A stretch of DNA of 64,000 nt from assembly GCA_052437175.1 (NCBI GenBank), contig JBQVOK010000001.1:628226-692225 (forward strand). Direction: 5' to 3'. The notes beneath the pieces are model-generated. The model was given only the letters and a program-made list of their open reading frames with translations. It made no database searches and was not told the DNA's origin. The position numbers and the translations under genes were made by a program. Below, in pieces: positions 17,977 through 26,203 of the stretch. How positions within the stretch are numbered: position 1 is the stretch's first letter; each line of letters begins with the position of its first letter. Source of the DNA: Flavobacteriales bacterium. GTDB lineage: Bacteria > Bacteroidota > Bacteroidia > CAIKAF01.

Positions 17977-20900
17977 ATGCGTATGAATGTTCGTAAGGTG
18001 TGGTTCTCCCTGTTGCTCATTACTCTCTCTGCCGCCGTACAGCCTTTGCTGGCACAGCGGAGCCGTATACATACCGAGCCCGATAAACTGTATAAGGATG
18101 CCGTGGAATTGTACCAGAAAGAGAAATACGCGGCGGCCTATACCCTGTTCGGCGATTTTATGGAGAACGGTCGTTACGGGCAGCGCCAGAACCTGGTGGA
18201 TGCCGAATATTTCCGCGCGGTTTGTGCTACCGAACTTTTTTACAATAATGCCGGGGGACTGCTCACGGATTTTATCCGCAGTCACCCGGAGAGCCCGCTT
18301 TCTTCCAATGCGTATTTTCACCTGGGCAAAGTGGCCTTTCGTGCGAAAGATTACAAAAAGGCCTCGCAGTATTTCGACCAGGCCGATCCCAATACGCTGA
18401 GCCGTGCCGAATGGTATGAATACTACTACAAATCGGGCTACAGCGCCTTCGAAAATAAAGACTACAAAAAGGCCCTGAACTATTTTGTAAAGATCAAGGA
18501 TGCCGAAAGTGTGTACCGCGTTCCCGCCACGTATTACTATGCACACATCCGCTATGTGGAACAGAACTGGAACGAAGCGCTGAAAGCTTTTAAATCCATC
18601 GAGAACGAAAAGGCCTTCCGCGGACTGGTGCCCTATTATATTGCCCAGATCTATTACATGCAGAAAAAATACGAGGACGTGATCAGCTATGCACGTCCCC
18701 TGGCCGATACCGTAAAGGGAAAGAACAGCGCCAATGTTTACCGCATACTGGCTGAAAGCTATTACAATACCGGCCGTTTTAAGGAAAGCCTGGAGTTTTA
18801 TGATAAATACGCCGCGCTCGACGAGCTGGACCGCCTGGGTAATTACCGCTACGGTACGGCCCTGTACAAAAGCGGAGCCTACGAGGCCGCCTACGAACGC
18901 CTGAAACTGACCGTGGCCGAGGAAGACAGTGTTTCACAGACCGCCTATTACCTGCTGGCCGACTGTGCCTACCGCACCGGGGATAAACGCAAGGCCGCCG
19001 ATGCCTTTAAAATGGCATACAAACTCAATTTTGACAGGAATATGGCCGAAGATGCCCTCTTCAACTTTGCCAAACTGAGTTACGAGACCGATTACGATCC
19101 CTACAATGAGGCCATCCGCGCCCTGAAGGACTACCTGGACAAATACCCGGAAAGCAAACGGGCCGATGAGGCCTATTCCTTCCTGGCCGAAGTATTTATG
19201 ACCGTAAAAAGTTATAAGGACGCCCTGGAGACCCTGGATAAGATCAAACGCAAGGACCCGCGGCTGAAACAGGCCCGCCAGCGTGTAGCCTTCCTGTACG
19301 GCACACAGTTTTTCGAAGAAGGGAACTATGCCGAGGCCATCAATTATTTTAACCAGGCCTCTGTGTCGGGCCTCAATGATGTGGTTACGGCCCAGAGCAT
19401 CTTCTGGACGGCAGAATCGTACTACCGTACCGGCCGCATGCGCGATGCCGAAGAAGGTTTTTCCGAATTCCTGAATACACCGGGCGCCATGAGCAGCGGT
19501 CTGCGCGACGATGCTTACTATAACCTGGGCTATATTTACTTTAAGGATAAAAAGTATGCCGCTGCCGGGGTAGAATTCCGCAAGTTTGCCGATAACCGTA
19601 AAGCAAGCAACCCACAGCTGGCCGCCGATGCCTACAACCGGGCCGGCGACTGCTACTATGCCCAGCGCGAATGGAGCAAGGCCCTGGAATATTACGACAA
19701 AGCCTACGCCATTAAAAAGGCCGATCCGGATTATTCCCTGCTGCAGAAAGCCACCATACTGGGTCTGCAAAAGAAACACGGCGAAAAAATGACCCTGCTT
19801 ACCAAACTGCGTACCGATTATCCCAACTCGGTATATACGGCTGAGACCATGTACGAAAGCGGGGTAGCGCTGCAATCCCAGGGGAAAAAGAACGAGGCGC
19901 TTACGTATTTTGAACAGGTAATACAAAAATACCCGAACGGACCCTTTGCCAAAAAGGCCTACCTGAAACTGGGCCTGCACTACTACAACCAGGACCAGGA
20001 CGAAAAAGCCCTGAGCTATTATAAACCCGTACTGGAGCGCTTTCCGGGTACACCCGAAGCCGATGAGGCTATTAAATACGTAAAGTTCATTTATATAGAC
20101 GAAGGCCGTATCGACGAGTTCACCGATTTTATGCGCAGCGTAAGCGGGGTGGATTATACCGAATCTTCACTGGATTCCGTGGCCTTCCGGGCCGGGGAGA
20201 ACAAGTACCTGGCGGGCGACTGCGCCGGTTCCATCATGAACTTTAACCAGTACATCAGCAAATTTCCCACAGGTACCTTCATTAAAAATGCCCGTTACTA
20301 CCGTGCCGAATGCCTGCGCGAACAGAAAAAGGAAAAAGAAGCCCTGGCCGATTATGAATACCTGATCGAGAACACACCGAACGATTACCTGCTGTTGTCG
20401 CTGGAACGCGCTTCGGACATCGCCTTTAAAGAAAAGGACTGGGAACGGGTGCGTAAATATGCCTATGAGAACGAACGCCTGTCCGAAAAGGCCAATGTAC
20501 GCCAGACCAGTATGGAACGTATCCTGCTGGCCGAATACGAACTGGCCAATTATCCTGCGGCCGCCACCTATGCCGCCAAAGTGTACGAGAGCGATAAATC
20601 GGCCAAAGAGGTAAAAGAATACGCCGCCCTGCTGGCCGCCCGCAGTGAAACAAAGGCCGGTAATGCCACCGCTGCCGAGATCTGGTGGAAAAAACTACAG
20701 GGACAGTCGAGCGCCATCGGTGCCGAAGCCAAATACAATATTTATACGGCCATGTTTGCCCGGGGCGAATACAAACAAACGGAGAAAAAGATCCTGGCCG
20801 ATGTGAACAGTCTTTCGAACTACGGCCTGTGGATGGGCAAATCCTTCATTATCCTGGGGGAGGTATATGCTAAACTCGAAAATTTCGACCAGAGCATAGC

Positions 20901-21045
20901 CACCCTGCAATCGGTGATCGACAATGCCGAAGACGCCGCCGTAGTGGAAGAAGCCCGCCTGAAACTGGAAGAAGTGAAAACGGCACAGCGGATCAAGAAC
21001 CAGCCGGCCAACAATAATTTTGAATTTGACTTAAACGGAAATTAA
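17977..21045 (+). CDS. Large secreted tetratricopeptide-repeat protein
   Basis: 1022 aa with signal peptide MRMNVRKVWFSLLLITLSAAVQPLLAQ and no lipobox Cys. TPR-like A/Y/F periodicity runs throughout, e.g. AEYFRAVCATELF, AYFHLGKVAFRAKDYKKASQYF. Confidence 0.85.
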   Translation: MRMNVRKVWFSLLLITLSAAVQPLLAQRSRIHTEPDKLYKDAVELYQKEKYAAAYTLFGDFMENGRYGQRQNLVDAEYFRAVCATELFYNNAGGLLTDFIRSHPESPLSSNAYFHLGKVAFRAKDYKKASQYFDQADPNTLSRAEWYEYYYKSGYSAFENKDYKKALNYFVKIKDAESVYRVPATYYYAHIRYVEQNWNEALKAFKSIENEKAFRGLVPYYIAQIYYMQKKYEDVISYARPLADTVKGKNSANVYRILAESYYNTGRFKESLEFYDKYAALDELDRLGNYRYGTALYKSGAYEAAYERLKLTVAEEDSVSQTAYYLLADCAYRTGDKRKAADAFKMAYKLNFDRNMAEDALFNFAKLSYETDYDPYNEAIRALKDYLDKYPESKRADEAYSFLAEVFMTVKSYKDALETLDKIKRKDPRLKQARQRVAFLYGTQFFEEGNYAEAINYFNQASVSGLNDVVTAQSIFWTAESYYRTGRMRDAEEGFSEFLNTPGAMSSGLRDDAYYNLGYIYFKDKKYAAAGVEFRKFADNRKASNPQLAADAYNRAGDCYYAQREWSKALEYYDKAYAIKKADPDYSLLQKATILGLQKKHGEKMTLLTKLRTDYPNSVYTAETMYESGVALQSQGKKNEALTYFEQVIQKYPNGPFAKKAYLKLGLHYYNQDQDEKALSYYKPVLERFPGTPEADEAIKYVKFIYIDEGRIDEFTDFMRSVSGVDYTESSLDSVAFRAGENKYLAGDCAGSIMNFNQYISKFPTGTFIKNARYYRAECLREQKKEKEALADYEYLIENTPNDYLLLSLERASDIAFKEKDWERVRKYAYENERLSEKANVRQTSMERILLAEYELANYPAAATYAAKVYESDKSAKEVKEYAALLAARSETKAGNATAAEIWWKKLQGQSSAIGAEAKYNIYTAMFARGEYKQTEKKILADVNSLSNYGLWMGKSFIILGEVYAKLENFDQSIATLQSVIDNAEDAAVVEEARLKLEEVKTAQRIKNQPANNNFEFDLNGN

Positions 21046-21048
21046 GCC

Positions 21049-22749
21049 ATGAAGATGTCAGCACGCATATATACAGCCGCTTTTACCTTACTGTTTGTTG
21101 CCGCAAACGCCTTTTCGCAGACTCCGTCAGACAGTGTGACCATTACCGGGGGCTATGTGCCCGAACTGCGCGCCGTGGAAAAGATCGCTACACGTCCCGA
21201 AGTGGTGGACACCTTCAGCAAAAAACTGAAACCCACCTACGATATACGGCCCCGCATCGTGGATTTTTATTACATACCCGATACCCTGAGCGCCGCCCGT
21301 ATGAAGACCGAACCGCTGAAAAAACTGCGTCGTTTCTACGTAAAGCTCGGCTTCGGCAACTACCTTTCGCCCCTGGCCGAAGTACGTATGAACAGTCTGC
21401 GCAGCAAGCAGTTCCAGTACGACGTATACTATAAATATTTTGCCAGTTACGGTAAAAAGCTGTTCTTCGGAAAGAACAAACCGCAGTATGGTTACCCGGG
21501 CATCCAGGACCACGGCGGAGGCGCCAATTTTTCGTATATGCTTAAAACGCATACCCTGGGCATACACGCGGGCTACCAGAGCAACCAGACCCATTTTTAC
21601 GGCTACGACGCTTCGCAGCCGGGCCTGGACACCATCGACAAGAAGGATATCCGCCAGAACTACCAGAAGATCGATATCGCCCTCAGCTTTAAGAACAACC
21701 GCCTCTGGGACAGTACCAAACTGATCACCGAGAACTATATACGTTATTATTATCTCTTCGACCGCTACAAAGCTTCGGAGCACGGACTGGATATCCGCAG
21801 CGACTGGCGTAAAATGCTGGCCGGCTTCTTTGTGGGCGGGGCCCTGGGCGTGGAATACTACGCCTACAAGGCCGATACGGCCACGGGGCGCTCATTCCGG
21901 GGCGGCCTGGTACATATCGACCCGTACATACGTGCCGGTAAGCGCATCTGGGATGTACAGGCAGGGCTTAATATTGCCTTCGGCTACGATTCGCTCACCA
22001 AATTTTACATCGCGCCCAATATCCGGGCCCGGGTAAATGCCTGGAAAGAACACGTGGTGGTGTACGCCGACCTTACCGGGGGCGCCTACCGCAATACCTT
22101 TGACGCCCTGCGCCGAGGCAACCCGTTCATTGTGAGTCATGTGCCCGTGCGCAACGCCTATAAGCCCATCGACCTGGTGGCCGGTATCCGCGGTAAATTC
22201 GCTAAAAACTTCTATTACAACCTGGGCGGCGGTTACGAAAAAGTCTTTAACAAGGCCTTTTACATGACCGATACCACCCGTGCCCTGGGCAATTATTTTA
22301 CCGTGGTCTACGACGACCTGGGTACCGGCAAGGTGTTTGCCGAACTGGGCTACGAACGCGGCGAAGTGCTGCGCGTGGGCATGCGTGTGAATGCCTACTT
22401 CCTGGACCCGGGCAATTTTGCAAAAGCCTGGTACATGCCCCAGTACGATGCTACCCTGAGTGCCATGTACAACCTGCGCGACAAGTTTATCTTTAAGGTG
22501 GACCTGTTTTACCTCGGCGATCAGTTTGCCCCGAAGTATACACTCGATCCCAATACCATGGTACGTAACCTGGAAGTAGTACGCCTGCGCAACGCCATCG
22601 ACCTCAATATCGGTGCGGAATACCGTTACAATAAACTACTCAGTTTCTTTGTACAGGGAAATAACCTGGCCGGTTTCCGCTACAACCGCTGGCTGCAGTA
22701 TCCCACACAGGGTGTAAGTGTTCAGGGCGGCATTACGCTCAGCTTTTAA
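21049..22749 (+). CDS. Putative outer-membrane beta-barrel protein (function unknown)
   Basis: 566 aa with signal peptide MKMSARIYTAAFTLLFVAANAFSQ. It has alternating aromatic/Gly-rich strands and a C-terminal ...VQGGITLSF ending in Phe. It starts 3 nt after the TPR gene. Confidence 0.7.
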   Translation: MKMSARIYTAAFTLLFVAANAFSQTPSDSVTITGGYVPELRAVEKIATRPEVVDTFSKKLKPTYDIRPRIVDFYYIPDTLSAARMKTEPLKKLRRFYVKLGFGNYLSPLAEVRMNSLRSKQFQYDVYYKYFASYGKKLFFGKNKPQYGYPGIQDHGGGANFSYMLKTHTLGIHAGYQSNQTHFYGYDASQPGLDTIDKKDIRQNYQKIDIALSFKNNRLWDSTKLITENYIRYYYLFDRYKASEHGLDIRSDWRKMLAGFFVGGALGVEYYAYKADTATGRSFRGGLVHIDPYIRAGKRIWDVQAGLNIAFGYDSLTKFYIAPNIRARVNAWKEHVVVYADLTGGAYRNTFDALRRGNPFIVSHVPVRNAYKPIDLVAGIRGKFAKNFYYNLGGGYEKVFNKAFYMTDTTRALGNYFTVVYDDLGTGKVFAELGYERGEVLRVGMRVNAYFLDPGNFAKAWYMPQYDATLSAMYNLRDKFIFKVDLFYLGDQFAPKYTLDPNTMVRNLEVVRLRNAIDLNIGAEYRYNKLLSFFVQGNNLAGFRYNRWLQYPTQGVSVQGGITLSF

Positions 22750-22814
22750 CAAAAAAGTAGGAGGGCTGTGCGTAACCCGTGAAAAAAATAATTCGTTAAC
22801 TTAGAGTGAATCTG

Positions 22815-22822
22815 TACTTTTG
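22815..22822 (+). promoter_or_regulatory. Candidate -7 promoter box (TACTTTTG) upstream of guaA
   Basis: Matches TAnnTTTG and ends 22 nt before the guaA ATG. Confidence 0.3.
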
Positions 22823-22844
22823 CAGCCTGATTTAAACACATACC

Positions 22845-24374
22845 ATGCACCAGAAAATTCTGATTCTCGATTTCGGTTCCCAGTTTACACAGTTGATAGC
22901 CCGCAGAGTACGTGAATTGAACGTATACTGCGAAATTCATCCGTACAATCATTTTCCGGAACCCGACAAATCGGTTAAAGGGATCATTCTGAGCGGAAGC
23001 CCGCATTCGGTACGTGAAAAAGATTCGCCCCGTGTGCCGCTGGAGTCTTTTTATACCCATGCGCCTGTGCTGGGTGTATGCTACGGTGCCCAGCTCATTG
23101 CACAGGAACACGGCGGTAAGGTAGAAAAAAGCAAGGTGCGTGAATACGGCCGGGCCAACCTGGTAAAGGTAGAAGGCAAAAGTAACCTGCTCAAAGGCGT
23201 TAAAAAAGGCTCGCAGGTATGGATGAGCCATGCCGATACCATTATGGAACTGCCCGAAGATTTCCGGATCATTGCCGGTACTGCGGACGTTCCGGTGGCG
23301 GCCTATAAAGTAAAACAACAGGAAATTTACGGCCTTCAGTTTCACCCGGAAGTGTATCACTCTACCGACGGACTGAAGATCCTGGGCAATTTCGTATACG
23401 ATATCTGCGGCTGCAAAGGCGACTGGACCCCGGGCTCCTTCGTGGACGAAACCGTAGAAGGTCTTAAAAAACAGCTGGGCAAAGACAAGGTGATCATGGC
23501 CCTGAGCGGCGGGGTAGACAGTACCGTGGCCGCACGCCTTATTCACAACGCCATCGGCAAGAACCTGTATTGCATTTTCGTGGACAACGGCCTGCTGCGC
23601 AAGAATGAATACGAGAACGTACTCCATTCCTACAAGGATTTCGGGCTGAACGTGATCGGCGTGGATGCCCGCGAGCGTTTTTACAGCAAGCTGAAAGGCG
23701 TGAACGACCCGGAGAAAAAACGCAAGATCATCGGCGGACTCTTCATCGACATATTCCAGGAAGAGGCCAAAAAGATAAAAGGCGCCAAATGGCTGGGGCA
23801 GGGTACCATTTACCCGGATGTGATCGAATCCGTTTCGGTAAAAGGTCCTTCGGCCACCATTAAATCGCACCACAACGTAGGCGGATTGCCCGAAAAAATG
23901 GACCTGAAGATCGTGGAACCCCTGCGTACCCTGTTCAAGGACGAAGTACGCCGCGTGGGCCGTGCCCTTAAAATATCGTCAGAGTTCATCGATCGTCATC
24001 CTTTCCCCGGACCGGGACTGGCCATACGCATCCTCGGCGATATCACAGCGGACAAAGTACGCATCGTACAGGAAGCCGACGATATTTTCATCAGCCGCCT
24101 CAAAAAAGACAAACTGTACAAAAAAGTATGGCAGGCCGGCGCTATTTTCCTACCGGTGCAATCGGTGGGCGTAATGGGCGATGAACGTACCTACGAAAAT
24201 GTGATCTGCCTGCGTGCCGTGACCTCTACCGACGGTATGACGGCCGACTGGAGCCACCTGCCGTATGAGTTCCTGGCCGCCGTTTCCAACGAAATTATCA
24301 ATAAAGTAAAAGGTGTGAACCGCGTGGTATTCGACATCAGTTCGAAGCCGCCCGCAACCATCGAATGGGAATAA
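22845..24374 (+). CDS. guaA: GMP synthase (glutamine-hydrolysing)
   Basis: 509 aa. It has a GATase domain ([16 protein letters not shown]), an ATP-PPase P-loop ([10 protein letters not shown]) and the canonical C-terminus KPPATIEWE. Confidence 0.97.
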   Translation: MHQKILILDFGSQFTQLIARRVRELNVYCEIHPYNHFPEPDKSVKGIILSGSPHSVREKDSPRVPLESFYTHAPVLGVCYGAQLIAQEHGGKVEKSKVREYGRANLVKVEGKSNLLKGVKKGSQVWMSHADTIMELPEDFRIIAGTADVPVAAYKVKQQEIYGLQFHPEVYHSTDGLKILGNFVYDICGCKGDWTPGSFVDETVEGLKKQLGKDKVIMALSGGVDSTVAARLIHNAIGKNLYCIFVDNGLLRKNEYENVLHSYKDFGLNVIGVDARERFYSKLKGVNDPEKKRKIIGGLFIDIFQEEAKKIKGAKWLGQGTIYPDVIESVSVKGPSATIKSHHNVGGLPEKMDLKIVEPLRTLFKDEVRRVGRALKISSEFIDRHPFPGPGLAIRILGDITADKVRIVQEADDIFISRLKKDKLYKKVWQAGAIFLPVQSVGVMGDERTYENVICLRAVTSTDGMTADWSHLPYEFLAAVSNEIINKVKGVNRVVFDISSKPPATIEWE

Positions 24375-24381
24375 AACCTTT

Positions 24382-26034
24382 ATGAACCGGATGAGAGTAT
24401 TCTTTTTTATATTTTTCTCTGTCGTTTTTGGTCTGCAGGCCCTGGCCCAGCAGGTATCGAACCTGACCGAGGTGCGGAACGGCAAAAAATACTATGTGCA
24501 CACCGTACAGAAAGGAGAGACCGTGTACGGCCTTACCCGCCTGTACAAAACCACAGAAGAGGCTATTTATAAAGAGAATCCGGGTTCCCGCCAGGGCATA
24601 AAGGCCGGCGAGAAGCTGTACATCCTGTTCCCGGGGCAGCCCGAGAACGGCAATCATACCCAGCCGCTGGTAAATCCCCCGCAGAAAAGTGTAAAACATA
24701 CCGTACTGAAAGGAGAGACGCTCTACGGCATCGGTAAGCGTTACGGAGTTACCGTAGACGCGCTGGTTGCGGCCAATCCACAGGTAGAAAGCGGCCTGAA
24801 GGTGGGCGAGGTGCTGATCATCCCGGGTAGTTCACAGATCGTACCCAAAGAAGATACGCCGCCCGAAAAGGACGAAGAGCCGGAAATTCCTGTGGTGATC
24901 CAGACCCCGGTAAAAGATGCCGGCAGCACCCGCATGCTTACCCGCGCCGAATGCGCCGCTTCGCCCGCCCGTAAAGACGAATACAATATTGCCGTGCTGC
25001 TGCCCCTGGGCATGGAGGCAGGTCCGCAGAACAAACAGGCCCGTATCGCTTTCCAGTTCTATGCAGGGATACGCCTGGCCATACAGAAGTATGAACCCCA
25101 GAAAGCCCGCATCAACTGGCGCTTTTTCTCCACCGGTTCTAAAATGGATGAGGCCTCGGTAAATGCCATTATTCAGAAACCCGATTTTCGTAAGTCAGAC
25201 CTGATCATCGGTCCCCTGTACACTTCCGAAATGGGCCCTGTGCTCGAATATGCTGCACAGAACAAAACCCCGCTCATCAGTCCTTTTTCGCGCGGGAACG
25301 ATATCCTCGAAAACAATCCCTATGTACTGAAGGCTTCGCTTTCCGAAGAGACCTATACCGCAGCTGTGGCACGTTTCCTGAACATCCGCTACAAAGCCGG
25401 CAAGGTGATCCTGCTGAATACAGGCCTTAAAAAAGACTCGGTGTTCTACCAGATGCTGCGTGATACCCTGGTGCTGAAATACCGTTTCGACAGCGTAAGT
25501 GCCAACCGCAACCTGGTGTACCTGCCCAAAGGCGGAAATGTGGCGGCTTTCGTGAAAAAAGGCGTACCCAATATCTGTGTATATCCAACTAATAAAGAAA
25601 TTACGGTAAATTCCTTCTTTTCCGGTATCAATAAGATCGGTAAGACGAACGATTTTGCAGTGCTGGGCGAAGAATCCTGGTTTGGTTTCCGCAATTTCGA
25701 CGTGGAGCACTTCAATAACTGCCGTATTCACATTCCGGTGGTGTATAAGACCTTCGACTGGGACTCCACACATGCGTCCTTTATCCGGAACTTTAAAGAA
25801 GAATACAGCAGCGAACCGGAGTTTTACGCGTTCCGGGCCTACGAAACGGCCTGTCTGGCCATCGATCTGCTGGAACAGTACGGAAACGCCGCTGTGCCCT
25901 GCGTGCAGTATGACGAGCGCAAGTACCTGGTTACGCCTTTCCGCTGGCGCAAACTGCCCAACGGCGGATTCGAAAATACGGGCATGGGCATGATGATCCT
26001 CGAAGACTACGAAATACGCTACGAGGCGTATTAA
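24382..26034 (+). CDS. LysM-repeat protein fused to a type-1 periplasmic-binding-protein-like domain
   Basis: 550 aa with a signal peptide and two LysM modules (YYVHTVQKGETVYGLTRLYKTTEEAIYKENP; KHTVLKGETLYGIGKRYGVTVDALVAANP). A Pro/Glu linker then leads to a roughly 370-aa PBP1-like region (YNIAVLLPLG...). Confidence 0.8.
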   Translation: MNRMRVFFFIFFSVVFGLQALAQQVSNLTEVRNGKKYYVHTVQKGETVYGLTRLYKTTEEAIYKENPGSRQGIKAGEKLYILFPGQPENGNHTQPLVNPPQKSVKHTVLKGETLYGIGKRYGVTVDALVAANPQVESGLKVGEVLIIPGSSQIVPKEDTPPEKDEEPEIPVVIQTPVKDAGSTRMLTRAECAASPARKDEYNIAVLLPLGMEAGPQNKQARIAFQFYAGIRLAIQKYEPQKARINWRFFSTGSKMDEASVNAIIQKPDFRKSDLIIGPLYTSEMGPVLEYAAQNKTPLISPFSRGNDILENNPYVLKASLSEETYTAAVARFLNIRYKAGKVILLNTGLKKDSVFYQMLRDTLVLKYRFDSVSANRNLVYLPKGGNVAAFVKKGVPNICVYPTNKEITVNSFFSGINKIGKTNDFAVLGEESWFGFRNFDVEHFNNCRIHIPVVYKTFDWDSTHASFIRNFKEEYSSEPEFYAFRAYETACLAIDLLEQYGNAAVPCVQYDERKYLVTPFRWRKLPNGGFENTGMGMMILEDYEIRYEAY

Positions 26035-26203
26035 GATTTCAACGTCCGTAATTCCCCGTTTTTACTACCTGTTTTATCGGTTATTAACAAATTCCTGATA
26101 TAGGTTTAATGTTAAGAATTTCGTACATTTGGTATGCACGCAGATTAAGTCTTAATTTTCGTTAAATTATTCTTATATTTGTGTAAAGTAAAAAAGCTGA
26201 GGC

